Shown: positions 25,620 to 39,395 of the stretch, piece by piece
Layout of the letters: the number at the start of each line of letters is the position of its first letter
Position numbering within the stretch: the first letter of the stretch is position 1
DNA from: Antedon mediterranea
Taxonomy: Eukaryota; Animalia; Echinodermata
DNA length: 64,000 bases
Reading direction: 5' to 3'
NCBI RefSeq assembly: GCF_964355755.1
Contig: NC_092674.1
Coordinates: 11,780,001-11,844,000 of the forward strand
The notes under the pieces: model-generated
What the model was told of the DNA's origin: nothing
The model's database searches: none
The model's input: the letters and a program-made list of their open reading frames with translations, nothing else
Translations under genes and position numbers: made by a program

Positions 25620-27660
25620 TCTATATATACATTTACGTAAGGGCAAAATTCGGTAAGTCGTGCGTTATTTCTAGAATGTTTACTCCATGGTATATAAAGT
25701 TGGTTAGAATCTCGGTACTGATTTTAACCACCTGATGTAACCCTGTTTACTAATTAAATTGAGTTAGATAATTAGTTATTGACAATTAAAACGAATTTAG
25801 GTTCAACGATTTGCCCCAAATAGGGGTGTTTTCCGATCGTGGTATACACTGTCTAATAGATGTCCTCTTGAAAAATACCTGCACACAATAATACGAGGAG
25901 GCTTCGCATTTTCCTATCTCCTCCTACGAAAATTGTTATTAATAGCTGAAAACCGGTTGAACAGCTCGAGCACAGTATCATAATGTTGAAGAAAGGCCGA
26001 TTTTTAAAAAAAAATACTATTTTGATAGATTTAATATACGTTTATACAAATGTATTGATTTGCGATGAACGGAACATTCCAATCTCTCAGACTCCCTGTT
26101 TGTAGGTAAAGTTATGAGCCCTTGGTTTAACACAAGTAGCCAAATTTATGGGCCCTTGGAGAATAAACTTACAAAATATAAACGTTGTAGTGGTGTATCG
26201 TCACATGTACTTTACTATTTTAATCAACTATAACAGGGACAGTTTAAAAAAAGTATTAAATCGTAAATGTTTTACTGTGTTTAGTGTTATATTTAAAACA
26301 ATATTTAGTTGAATATTATACCCCAAATAAAGATGCCTCCCCTCCCCCTAAAAAACCTTTTGAACAATAAATGCCCGGGGCGTTTAATCGGATACACATG
26401 GCAAGCTACTTCTAGCATTCTGAAAAGAACTGTTGAGCTTGACGTTTCTATCAAAATGTTCTTGGGGACAGCAATAACTAGTACTTGAAATTGAAACAAT
26501 TTAAAGTATCAGTTATTGCATAACATTACTGTCTAAGGATAAGTTATGTAGAGATATGTTTTTTGTTTAAAACATTAGTAATAGTATTTCTGTTCATCTT
26601 TTAACCACATTTTCTATTACAATGAATGTAAATATGTATATTTCGAACACTTTGATACCAAATTTAAGTTTCTACGACCAGTACTCACAGAGATATGAAG
26701 ATGCCATGATATGTGGGTCAAAGGTCAGAAATGAAATTTCTGATCATTTTTGACTAAAATGTCCCATTAGATTGAATATGAAAGCATGCCTTCTGAACAT
26801 TTTGTGACTAAAATTGACTTGCTGCGACGAGTGGTTGCTGAGATACAAGTATCTATTTATATTTGTTCATATAACCCTTGACCCTGACCCTTTGACCTTT
26901 TGTAACATTTTTAAAAATGTGCAACAAATAACAAAATGTTCATTTCAAACAATTTAAGACCAAATTCAATTGTCTAGGATCAGTAGTTACGAATATACAT
27001 ACATGCCCTGGGGTGTGGGTCAAAGATCAGAAATGGCATTTCCGGTAATTTTTTACTAAAATTTCCCATTAAACTGAATATAAATGTATACCTTTTGATC
27101 AATTTGAGACCAAAATTACCTCGCTGTGACCAGTAGTTGTCGAGATTTAAGGACCTATTTGTGTTTAGTTTGATAACCTTTCACCCTGACCTTTTGACCT
27201 TTCGCCACATTTTCAAAATGTGTAACCAAGCCATTAATGATTGTTTGACCATCCTAAACCAATTTCTGAAGTCAAATTCTCTGGACCTCAAAGTGCATAC
27301 GAAAGTTGATCTAGCTACTAGAGTATAAAGAATATATTTAAAAATTGTTCTTCCCATCCTCTTCCCCATCCCTCAACTCTAACGTTATATACAAAACACA
27401 AATTGGGTTTGTTTAAATGAGTTCAAATAACAAATTTGGACTCATTTTTATAAGACAAGTTTTTCCTTCGGAAGTAGGCCTAAATCCCATAGTGCTAATT
27501 TTATTTGACTACATTAATCATTGTGTCTATTTATTCGTTTCTGTAAACTACAATGTATTTATAGTCCTGCGGTACGTACATTTGAAATTGCCAGTTTTTT
27601 TACCCTGAAATTACTGTGTATTCGAGAACCATCTGTGGACACGACTCGCTCGCGTACTAG
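25620..27660 (+). mobile_element. Non-autonomous Helitron family A, first unit of a tandem pair, with an internal insertion at about 26.3-27.3 kb
   Basis: A|TCTATATATACATTTACG...CGCGTACTAG; collinear with the copies at 9436 and 33692. Confidence 0.85.
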
Positions 27661-28648
27661 TCTATATATAATTCGGTAAATCGCGCCTTACTTCTAGAAT
27701 TCTAGAAATCGATGGTATAAAGTTGGTTCGTACTTTCAATACTGATTTTAACCACCTGATGTAACCCTGTTTACTATTAAATTGAGATAATTAGTTATTA
27801 ACAATTAAAACGAATTTAGGTTCAACGATTTGCCCCAAATGGGGTGTTTTCCGCTCGTGGTATAGGCCTACACTGTCTAATGGATGTCCATCATGAAAAA
27901 TATCCGCACACAATAAACGAGGATGCTTCGCATTTACCTATCTCCTTCGATAATTGTTTTATAATAACTGAAAACCGATTGAACTGCTCGAGTACAGCAT
28001 AATAATGTTGAAGAAAGGTCAATTTTTTGAAAAAAAAAAAATATTTCGATAGATTTAATATACGTGTATACAAATGTATTTATTTTCGATGAATGGATCA
28101 TTCCAATCTCTCAGTCTCAGAATAATTACTAGGTTTTGACACAAGTAGGTAAATTTAGAGGTCCTTGTGGATAAACTTAAAAACCTTTAGATATAGTGTT
28201 GCAATACTTTGACAATATACTGTAAATTAATACGTATTAACCATTGGTCGCCATTTGAATCGCAAATTTCTTACTGTGAGTGCGGGTACTGCTAGATATA
28301 TAAAACACATACAAATACACTGTATTACTGTGAGTGTAGGTAGGCCATGTTGTTAGTCGCATTTACCTATCGCCTTCCACGATAATAGCTGAAACCAGTT
28401 AAACAGCTCGAGTACAGCATCATAATGTTGAAGACAGGCCGATTTTCTTTAAAAATACTATTTTGATGGATTTAATAATATACGTTTATACAAATGTATT
28501 GAATCGCAGATTGGGTTTATTTGGTTTTTGGACTCATTTTGTGAAAAGTTTCTCTTTCGGAAGTAATTCCCACTAGGGGAATGTTTACGCTGAAATTATT
28601 GTGTATTCGAGAACCATCTGTGGGCTAGACCCCCGCTAGACCATCTAG
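27661..28648 (+). mobile_element. Non-autonomous Helitron family A, second unit of the tandem pair
   Basis: Starts TCTATATATA immediately after the CTAG of the previous copy and ends CCATCTAG|T. Confidence 0.85.
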
Positions 28649-28655
28649 TACTTAA

Positions 28656-31600
28656 AGGGGGGGGGGGGGGTGGTTCCGGGTTTAAAATGAATATTAAAAA
28701 ATGTAAAATATATTTGTTTGTCTCTTGAAAGGTAAAAGTTTCAAGTTATATAAGCGTCCAGTGAAGCAGAACGAAGGCCAGGCTGTGAAATAACGCCAGA
28801 TTACAAGTGCAGCTACGGCGATATGACACTGTGTTACAGAATAGGAAATTCGTGAAATGGTCAATCTTCCGACGACCCGTTATCATTAACCATATCAATT
28901 ACTTTTGTAAAATTATACTTATCTGATGTAATTTTAGTCGGTCTTCCCATTTATAAAGTCAATGTTCTATGAAAATTCATCAAAACAGTGAAAAATTTGA
29001 TATGTTTGCACTTTACGTTTGCCGATTTTCGCACTGACTTAGGGAAAGCCTTCAAAATCAATGAAGCGTAACGTATACATTCCTGCTGAGAGCGAGGAGA
29101 GAGCGAGACGACGATACACATGCTCTACCTGCCCGCGATTTTTTTTTCCGTACGAGAGTTCCTCCATCGGTTCGTTTCGGACTCAATCGACTCTTCGGTA
29201 AGCCACCGATACTCACTGATGCGTGACAGCAACCACAAAACGTGAGCAGCTTCTTTGCACGAGTGACAAATTTATACATACTATACTAGAGGCCTAATAC
29301 TATACTCACTGTAAATATAATAATAAATATTAATAGTAGTACTGAACGTCATTGTAATAATAATAATAGTCCTAGAATTTTAATAATATAATACTGTATA
29401 GGCAGCCACAAACCAATGTATGTACACCATCAGATTCACAAACAGTAACACACACACACAGCAGCAGCACTTTGTTGGTCGTCACAAGCAACTTAGGCCA
29501 GCTAGCCTAGCCCTACGTACGTGTGCTTCAATGTAGTACATTCCATCTACAGTACTATTTTTTATTTTAATAAAATGAAGTAGTAGGTTAGAAATTATAT
29601 GTACAGAAGTAACACTAACAGATGTTTTTATCAAGAAAATTACAATTTTCTTCAGGTTTTTAAGTGTAACATTTGAAAAATTGTATACATTTAGGCCTAG
29701 TATTACTAACATGTATTCTTGTAAGTTGTAATGTATAGAAACACATGCTTGCTTATAAAGCGTTTAATATCGTGTTAATTTAATAATTGATGATAGTATC
29801 ACATATAATTATAAGCTTCCTGGAAAATGTGTTATTATTAAATGTATTTGTCACCTATTGCAGTCGTGTCAGTACCGTAATTGAATGTTTTTTACTTTGC
29901 ATGTATTTTTTATGATTTTCCAAATTACATATAATAAACAATAATATTAGTTGTAGGCCTATAACTTAATTAAAACTCCAAAGTTGCCTATTATTAAAAG
30001 TCTGAAATCTTTTTTTCAAGATTGGGGATAATCAATACGTACACCTTTAACGTAAAATTTCCATTACCTTACAATATAAATATTAATTTAATAATATTAT
30101 TTTAAAAGGTATAAAAAACACTGTGCATAGGAATTCCTACTGTACATAATCATTTTAAATTCAAAAGTAATACCTTGCATAGGCTTACACAAGCTAGCCT
30201 AGCCATGGGCTAGCTACAATACCATAAACGATAAGAAAAAGAGCCTCTCGTTCGTGACAAAAGGTCGTTCAACTTCAAAAAATAATATCTGATACGACCT
30301 ACTATTGGGTCGTAGACCTAAATATCTTCAATATGCTATTGGGTTCTTAATGTAATTACTAAGTAGGCCTAGTATTAATTAATTAATGTCATCAAATCAA
30401 AACTCGTATTAGTGTAGATTTATTTTACTATTGTGAGAGCCTGTGTGAAAGTAAGCTCGCGGTTTGTAAATGTAAATTGTATTATGTTGTCACGCATCAG
30501 TGAGCTGACTTTACCGAATACCGAAGAGAGTCGATTGAGTCCGAAACGAACCGATGGAGGAACTCTCGTACGGAAAAAAAAATCGCTACCTGCCCATGCC
30601 TGGCATCGTCACGTGATAAGCAGATACAGTATATACAATACCAAACTGGTCGGGTCGAGTATATAATTTAACAACATGAACGATGTACAGTATTTGATTG
30701 AAGAATTACAACATGAACGATGTACAGTATTTGATTGAAGGTCGACTCGACCTACCGGAATGGTATAGATAATATAGCTCGAATGAGAGAGTTTGAATAT
30801 TTGTAAACATATTATTGTATTGCTAATTTTAAGAAGTGTAGCCTAGTAAAAGGCCTGGTAGTATCAATTCGCATAGGGTCTACTACACTAGCTAGCTCAA
30901 TTTTTAGCTGGGCCGGATCGGCTAGGTCTCCTTCCTACTACCTGGTCTACTTGCTTGATGCAGTAGTATCCGCTGTTTTGGAGAGTAAACTAGGCCTATT
31001 TTAGGCCTACTAGACGATCGGGACACCATACGTGCGAACGGCGAACAGCGATATTTACAGCCGATTTTGTAGAATGTTTTAGGTTTAGATTGTTTAGGAG
31101 TTTGGTTGATAGGATGGGTTTGGAATCCACTGAGTTTTGTTATTTATGGGCCAATCGTTTAGTAGTAGGCTAGCTAGGCCCATATGATGGGCCCCAATGT
31201 TTTAACGTTTTAATCCCCAGTCAGAATGGCTCTCACCCATGAAAAAAAATGATTTAGGCTAAGCGTAGCCTAGTACGTGAAGCCGATAATACGATCTGTA
31301 CTATTCGAGGTATAAAAATAGTATATAAATTATTACTCCGTAATCTGTACTAAATTTTGTATTTCATTAAATGTCAAATAAATATATGCTACTACTGTTA
31401 TTATTACACTTTAGGCCTAGTTTAAAAAATGTATTTCACAATGATCGTCGTTTGACAGGGGGAAGAGATGTAAATTTAGTTGACAAACACAACGTGTGTA
31501 CATGACGTCGCGAGTTTGGAATCCACTGATGACATGATATTGTGAATATCTCATGAATATTAATGAGCTTCCCTAAGCTGCTGAAAAACAGACTTTCCAT

Positions 31601-31745
31601 GAATTTACGCTAAAGTGTATATGAAATTTTATTTTTTTAATTTATCGTTATTATTTCTTCATTCTGACATGTCTATATTGTTATAATATTTTTTATTTAA
31701 TAAATAAACGATATTTAAAAGCAATTTTAAACCCAGAATCCCCCT
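28656..31745. mobile_element. TTAA-flanked non-autonomous DNA transposon (Kolobok-like)
   Basis: TTAA|AGGGG...ttccgggtttaaaat ... attttaaacccagaatCCCCCT|TTAA. Confidence 0.65.
29135..30586. mobile_element. Mutator-like MITE with ~95-bp TIRs and a 9-bp TSD
   Basis: TACCTGCCC|GCGATTTTTTTTTCCGTACGAGAG ... CTCTCGTACGGAAAAAAAAATCGC|TACCTGCCC. Confidence 0.88.
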
Positions 31746-33691
31746 TTAAGCTTAATGTTAACTTTTGGTAACTCATAATACTTTAATAATGACATAAAGT
31801 TCTTCTTTGTGATACATTTGATAAGTTGTGTAAAAGATCTTATGACATGGCTATTACTAACGTAACATATATTATGATAATTGTTTAATTTGCCAAAGAG
31901 AAAGTGTATTTGAACTTACCAACATGTTACGTTTACAGAAACAATTGGTGTAGGAATACATTTCAACGGTCTGAGAAAAATATGATGGAAATCAAAATTA
32001 ATGTATACATTATATTAACAAGAAAAATTTATATGTGAATAAGAATGAAAATCTCCTCAACCGAAAATCAAACCCGGACCTTTCTCGATAACAATACAAA
32101 CATCCTACCAATAATTGTAAAGTTTCAGTAGGCCAATTGATTAACAACTCAATAATAAACTACACTTAATTCAAAAGTTTCTTACCAATTTTTTTTCAAC
32201 CAAGTCTTATATTCACTAACAGTAATAATGTAGCATCCAGCAATCTAAGAAAAACAACTTCTTAATTTGTTTCAAAATAGTTTATTTATCCTGATCTATC
32301 AATCATAGTGAAATCTGTATGTGTAACATGTCGTGGTTCAATGAATAAAGGTGCGTATAATAATTTGTACACATCGGTAATTGACTATGGTGGCATGGTT
32401 GTTGTTCAGTCTACTGTGACCGTGTATTCAAATGGAGGAAGAATAACTAACTGTAATGTATTGCGTGGGTGTAGTACGGTAGCTAAATGCATTGAACTTA
32501 ATTGCTATGCAAAACTTTATCTTGAACTCTATTCACCTGTATCCACTCTATCGTTTCGCAACAATGAATTATCCCGGAACAATACATAAACTTCTCAAGG
32601 TTAGTTAAAAGCCATTAAACACTTATCCAAAATATCCTCTGAACGCTCTGGGTCAAAAGTACACGACCTTCTGGTCAGCTTAATCTAAAACAATCAATAC
32701 CAACAATTAAAAAAATTACACAATAAAAAAAATAATAATTTACTCGTGATAACCTTTAATATAACATCCGCGAGCCCATTAAACAAGTTTTATTGTACTA
32801 ATCATATACTCAATGAAATAAAAATAAAATGAATTGTTTATTTATTCATTCATTCATTTCTTTTTTTCGGATAGTGTACAAAAAAATTATTTCACAATAT
32901 CCTAAAATATCCATTTATGAATGGTTTGAATCAGACTACAGTCATAAATTCTGTTCTTAAAACTATGCATATAGTTCCTCCAATATTCATAGAATGAGGA
33001 AACGTTTTGTTACAAACATCATGCTTGCGATATTATATCTAGGCAATTTCAGTAGCTTACGTAACCTGCAAATTCTAAATGAGTTCACAGTACCTTCACT
33101 GAACTTATAGCGTCATACAGTATACATTAAAGAAATACATTTTAAATAACTGTCATTTCACTTCTGACAACGGAACATTTGGAGAATGTCCTAAATAATG
33201 TATTAGCTCTGATACACTGAGCTTGATACTGTGTCTTCATATCATCATCATTCATAGAGAGTTACAAATCACATGAGCCAAGTATGTTATACAGTCAACT
33301 GATGAGAGGTACCGTACGAAAGGAGGCCAACACACACTGTGTTCGGAAAAAACCCGTCATATGGGTCGTCGATTTGTTCATTTATTCAATTATGTTCAAT
33401 TATTGCGTATTTTCCATAATTTAAGGCCAAATCATAATTTTGCTTAGGCCTAGGCCTACAGTTTTGTTTTTCCGTTCTCTCTGCAAATTTCCTACAATTA
33501 ATTTATTTTTTTTATATTGATTATTTATTGTACAGTTTATAGTGGATAAATGAAATGAATTTTGGAAATTTTTAATTAACTTCTGACTTTATTTAGCATT
33601 TAATTATAAACAATACAATGTAACGTTTTCCTCAATATTTATAGCAGCAGCTTCATATTTTTTGTCTATTTTTTAAATCATTAATTGACAA

Positions 33692-34960
33692 TCTATATAT
33701 AAATTTACGTAAGGGCAAAATTCGGTAAATCGCGCCTTACTTCTAGAATTTTTACTCGATGGTATAATATAAAGTTGGTTCGTACTTTCGGTACTGATTT
33801 TAACCACCTGATGTAACCATGTTTACTAATTTAATTGAGTTAGATAATTAGTTATTGACGATTAAAACGAATTTAGGTTCAACGATTTGCCCCAAATAGG
33901 GGTGTTTTCCGATCGTGGTATACACTGTCTAATAGATGTCCAACTTGAAAATACCCGCACACAATAATACGAGGACGATTCGCATTTTCCTATCTCCTCC
34001 TACGATAATTGTTTTTAATAGCTGAAAACCGGTTGAACTACTCGAGTACAGCATCATAATGTTGAAGACAGGCCGATTTTCTTTAAACAATACTATTTTG
34101 ATAGATTTAATTTACGTTTTTACAAATGTATTGATTTGCGATGAATGGAACATTCCAATCTCTCAGTCTGCCAGTTTGGTTTAACACAAGTAGGTAAATT
34201 TATGAGCCCTTGGAGAATAAACTTGCAATACTTTGACAATACAGTACTGCAAATACGTCCTATTAACCATTTTTGGTCGTCATTTGAATCGAACATTTCT
34301 TACTGTGAATAGATGTAAAAAAATATATACAAACACTTCTTACTGTGAATACTGTTAGATGTAAACAAATATATACAAATAAACTTTATTACTGTGATTA
34401 TGGGTAGGCTCTACTGTTAGATGTATAAACACGTAATATACAAATAAACTTTATTACTGACAGTTGCTTCTCAATGTTTGCATTAATTAATAATTACAAA
34501 AAATATAAACGTCGTAGTGGTGTATCGTTACATGTACTTTACTATTTCAATCGACTATGACAGTGACAGTTTTAACAAAGTATTAAATCGCAAATGTTTT
34601 ACTATATTTAGTCACCGTTAGTGGTATATTATTTATAGGCCTATACAAAATGAAAACAATATTTCGTTACTGACGTGGATAAAGAATATATTTAAAAAGT
34701 GTTCCTCTGTGTACCTATCCTCTTTCCCATTCCTCAACCCTAATTGGGTTTCTTTAAATGAATAAACAATTTGGACTCATTTTGTGGTAAATTTCTCTTT
34801 CGGAAGTAATTCCTAGGGTGCTAATTTTGGTTGACTACATAAATCATTGTGTCTACTTATTCGTTTCTGTAAAGGACAATGTATTATATCCTGCGGTACG
34901 TGCATTTGAAATCGCCAGATTTTTTACCCTGAAATTACTGTGTATTCGAGAACCATCCAG
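33692..34960 (+). mobile_element. Non-autonomous Helitron family A, first unit of a tandem pair, lacking the 3' hairpin
   Basis: A|TCTATATATAAATTTACG ... GAGAACCATCCAG, fused directly to the next copy. Confidence 0.88.
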
Positions 34961-36157
34961 TCTATATATAAATTTACGTAAGGGCAAAATTCGGTAAATC
35001 GCGCGTTACTTCTAAAATGTTTACTCGATGGTATATAAAGTTGGTTCGTACTTTCGGTACTAATTTTAACCACCTGATGTAACCCTGTTTACTAATTAAA
35101 TTGAGTCAGATAATTAGTTATTGACAATTAAAACAAATTTAGGTTCAACGATTTGCCCCAAATAGAGGTGTTTACCGATCGTGGTATACACTGTCTAATA
35201 CATGTCCATCGTAAAAAATACCCGCATACAATAATACGAGGATGCTTCGCATTTTCCTATCTCCTCCTACGATAACTGTTTTTAATGGCTGAAAACCGGT
35301 TGAACAGCTCAAGTACAGCATCATAATTTTGAAGACAGGCCGACTTTCTTTAAAAAATACTATTTCGATAGATTTAATATACGTTTATAGAAATGTATTG
35401 ATTTGCAATGAATGGAACATTCCAAATCATTGCATACCTCCATGGTTTAACACAAGTAGGTAAATTTATAGACCCTTGGAGAATAAACAGAAATAGTATT
35501 GAAATACTATACAATACTGCAAATAGGTATTAACCACTTTTGATCGCCATTTGAATCAAAAGTGTGTTGGTACTGTTAGATATAATATAAATAAATATAC
35601 TAATAAACGTTATCACTGTGAGTGTGTGTAGCCCCTACTTTTAGATTATAAACACATAATAATATATACTTTATTACTGTCAGTTGTTTCTCAACGTTTG
35701 TATTAATTAATAATTACAAAAATAGAAACGTATTAGTGGTCTTTAAATGTACTTTACTATTTCAATCGACCATGAGACAGTGACAGTTTTAATAAAGTAT
35801 TAAATCGGAAATGTTTTACTCTATTTAGTGGTATATTATTTATAGGCCTATATAAAAAAAATATTTCGTTACTGATTGGATAATAAAGAAATATAAAGAA
35901 TAATTTAACAAAATTGGGTTTGTTTAAACGAGTCAAATAACAAATTTCGACTCATTTTGTGACAAGTTTCTAGGTGCTAATTTTGGTTGACTACATAAAT
36001 CATTGTGTCTATTTCTGTAAACGACAATGTTTTATAGTCCTGCCGTACGTACATTTGAAATCGCCAGTTTTTTTTTACGCTAAAATTACTATGTATTCGA
36101 GAACCATCTGTGGGCACGAACTAGATGGTACGTGAGCGAAGCGAGCGTACAATCTAG
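34961..36157 (+). mobile_element. Non-autonomous Helitron family A, second unit with an intact 3' hairpin
   Basis: TCTATATATAAATTTACG ... CTAGATGGTACGTGAGCGAAGCGAGCGTACAATCTAG|T. Confidence 0.9.
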
Positions 36158-36799
36158 TAATAATTAATTTACAATAACAGTAATATTATATTTATTAGGC
36201 TACCGTACCAGAAGTCCTCCATTGACAAAAAAAAAGTTAGTTAGTGTGTTTTATATTATTATATAATTATTATATATATTATTATTAACATTTAGGATGG
36301 GGGTGGGGAGGGGGTCCGGACCCAGAACTTGATAGGCTTAGTCATAACGTAGTTAGAGTTGCATGCCATTTTATCACTGTTGAATGTTTTGATGTTAGCC
36401 TAATTCGTAAAATTGGTAAAAGAAGTATTGCTGGAGGCAACGAATTTAAGGACCTTCACAACCAAAATATTTCATTGTAACAAACTTTTAAATGGAACGC
36501 TACAAAAATAATCCTCCGCTTAATCACTGCATAAATACCAAATAACCAGACAGGAACGTATCTTTGTTACATTTACTATCAATCCATTTTCATATCACGC
36601 AATCCATTTTTCAACAATGTAGTATAATAATAATATTTCGATTGAATAGTGATGGGATTAGTTTCAGTTTTGATTTTGAACAAACCATTGGTAATTTACG
36701 GAAAATCCAGAATACTATTAGCATTTTTCAAAGCACGCTCTTTGAGCTTGTGCACTCTTTGTGTTTATAATCAGTGTACCATGTCCCGCATAACTGTAA

Positions 36800-37227
36800 C
36801 TCGAGAGATACTTTTATGATACACTGAAAATTATTTAATTAATTATTGAAACGATAAAGATGAGGAAATCTGTGAGAATGAGAAAAAGTCGCCCCAACCG
36901 AGACTCGAACTCGGACCGTCTGCTTGATATGCAGTTGCCCTAACCATTAGACCACTGGGACTTTCATGGTATTGTTCTTTAACATTCTCGGCGTGGTACG
37001 GTTGGAACACAACTAGTCCTCAGTTGTACGCACGCGCACCAGAGATCAAATTGATACGCCCTCATCTATAATTCAGTATATTTATTCACTAAGCGGGATC
37101 GCGAGAGATACTTATATATATATATAAACACAACAGGTATAGAAATAAATTCCAAACCGCCCGGTGATACACTGAAAATTATTTAATTAATTTTTGAAAC
37201 GATAAAGATGAGGAAATCTGTGAGAAT
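36800..37227 (-). repeat. Diverged subfamily of the tRNA-containing unit (about 1.3 copies; tRNA core at 36890-36961)
   Basis: Same architecture, with variant flanks (acacaacaggtatagaaataaattcc, gatcgcgagagatac). Confidence 0.85.
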
Positions 37228-37250
37228 TTTTGTATCTCCACAGCACGCTC

Positions 37251-37253
<3 letters not shown>

Positions 37254-37325
<72 letters not shown>
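37254..37325. repeat. (TA)n microsatellite
   Basis: About 35 perfect TA units. Confidence 0.95.
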
Positions 37326-37328
<3 letters not shown>

Positions 37329-37508
37329 CCAAAGGCAAATTACTGAAAAAAATGACAATGCTGTGGGTATCAGTGGCTGGATCTCAATGGAGATACAAAA
37401 ATAAAAAGCGAAAATCTAAATCAAAACGATAAAGTAAACAGCCAGAAAAGTTAGCAGAGCTTCGGGCAACACTAGCCCTTCATCAGTGCAAGTGAAGGAA
37501 TTTGGATA
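37326..37508 (-). mobile_element. Neptune-type PLE 3' terminal (pLTR) fragment with a hammerhead at 37451-37491
   Basis: Reverse complement of 44793-44960. The core reads CTGATGA-AGGGCTAGTGTTGCCC-GAA-GCTC, with one A missing. Confidence 0.8.
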
Positions 37509-37730
37509 ATATAAACAAATCAGGCAAAGTACATTAATTCTAAACCGCCCAGTGATATACTGAAATTTAATTAATTAATTTGAAACGATAAAGATGAGGA
37601 AATCTGTGAGAATGAGAAAAAGTCGCCTTTCATGATATTGTTCGTACTCGATTGGATAGCGACTCTTTAACATTCTCGGCGTGGTATAGTACGGCGGAAC
37701 AGCACTAGTCCTCAGTTGTATATATATATA

Positions 37731-38106
37731 CTTCTCAAAGAAAACCACTGGGAATTACTACTTAAAACCACAAACCTTTTGGACTTAACATTAGGAACAT
37801 ACTCCCAGATCGGTAAAATTATTCCATTGACTACCAAAATTTAAGTTTCAATATTAATCACCATTTAAGCTGTTTTTTAGTCTCATTCCAAAATTGTTTA
37901 TATCTCTACCAAGCTACCTTCTTTGTTTTCTACTCTTATTCAGACTCCACCCTGGCTCCCTTTGTTATATTTCTTTTATTCCTGTCCACCCAGGCAGCAC
38001 TTGCCAGCTTTATACTATGAAGTTATCCAAATTCCTTAACTTGCACGGATGAAGGGCTAGTTTTGCCCGAAAGCTCTGCTAACTTTTCTGGCTGTTTACT
38101 TTATCG

Positions 38107-38110
<4 letters not shown>
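37731..38110 (+). mobile_element. Neptune-type PLE 3' fragment: GIY-YIG C-terminus, 3' UTR and a mutated hammerhead (38041-38082)
   Basis: Translates as LLKENHWELLLKTTN, then frameshifted FGLNIRN. The core is CGGATGA-AGGGCTAGTTTTGCCC-GAAA-GCTC, and TA tracts flank both sides. Confidence 0.75.
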
Positions 38111-38157
<47 letters not shown>

Positions 38158-38172
38158 CAGCATATATATATA
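38111..38172. repeat. (TA)n microsatellite
   Basis: Direct observation. Confidence 0.95.
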
Positions 38173-38282
38173 AACAAATCCGGCACAGAACATTAATTCT
38201 AAACCGCCCGGTGATATACTGAAATTTAATTAATTAATTTGAAACGATAAAGATGAGGAAATCTGTGAGAATGAGAAAAAGT

Positions 38283-38354
38283 CGCCCCAACCGAGACTCG
38301 AACTCGGACCGCCTGCTTGATATGCAGATGTCCTAACCATTAGACCACTGGGGC
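38283..38354 (-). tRNA. tRNA-like cloverleaf, anticodon ATC (consensus copy)
   Basis: Same sequence as 13567-13638. Confidence 0.65.
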
Positions 38355-38646
38355 TTTCATGGTATTGTTCGAACTCGATTGGATAGCGACTCTTTAACAT
38401 TCTCGGCGTGGTACGGCGGAACAGCACTAGTCCTCAGTTGTACACACGCGCAACAGAGATCAAATTGATACGCCCTCATCTTACAGTATTTTTATTCACG
38501 AGGCGGGATCTCCGAAGAGATGCTTTTATATATATAAACACAGTAGGCAAAGAACATTAATTCTAAACCGCCCGGTGATATACTGAAATTTAATTAATTA
38601 ATTTGAAACGATAAAGATGAGGTAATCTGTGAGAATGAGAAAAAGT

Positions 38647-38718
38647 CGCCCCAACCGAGACTCGAACTCGGACCGCCTGCTTGATACGCAGATGTCCTAG
38701 CCATTAGACCACTGGGGC
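38647..38718 (-). tRNA. tRNA-like cloverleaf, anticodon ATC
   Basis: Two loop substitutions; stems intact. Confidence 0.6.
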
Positions 38719-39009
38719 TTTCATGGTATTGTTCGAACTCGATTGGATAGCGACTCTTTAACATTCTCGGCGTGGCACGGCGGAACAGCACTAGTCCTCA
38801 GTTGTAAACACGCGCAACAGAGTTCAAATTGATACGCCCTCATCTTACAGTATTTTTATTCACGAGGCGGGATCTCGAAGAGATACTTTTATATATATAA
38901 ACACAGTAGGCAAAGAACATTAATTTTAAACCGCCCGGTGATATACTGAAATTTAATTAATTAATTTGAAACGATAAAGATGAGGAAATCTGTGAGAATG
39001 AGAAAAAGT

Positions 39010-39081
39010 CGCCCCAACCGAGACTCGAACTCGGACCGCCTGCTTGATATGCAGATGTCCTAACCATTAGACCACTGGGGC
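39010..39081 (-). tRNA. tRNA-like cloverleaf, anticodon ATC (consensus copy)
   Basis: Same sequence as the consensus. Confidence 0.65.
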
Positions 39082-39395
39082 TTTCATGGTATTGTTCAAA
39101 CTCGATTGGATAGCGACTCTTTAACATTCTCGGCGTGGTACGGCGGAACAGCACTAGTCCTCAGTTGTACACACGCGCAACAGAGATCAAATTGATACGC
39201 CCTCATCTTACAGTATTTTTATTCACGAGGCGGGATCTCCGAAGAGATACTTTTATATATATAAACACAGTAGGCAAAGAACATTAATTCTAAACCACCC
39301 GGTGATATACTGAAATTTAATTAATTAATTTGAAACGATAAAGATGAGGAAATCTTATCGTTTCAAATTAATTAATTAAATTTAATTTTAATTAA

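Larger units (their letters stand above)
38163..39355 (-). repeat. Tandem array of the tRNA-containing unit (about 3.3 copies), left arm of an inverted structure
   Basis: Cores at 38283, 38647 and 39010, a period of 363-364. Confidence 0.95.
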
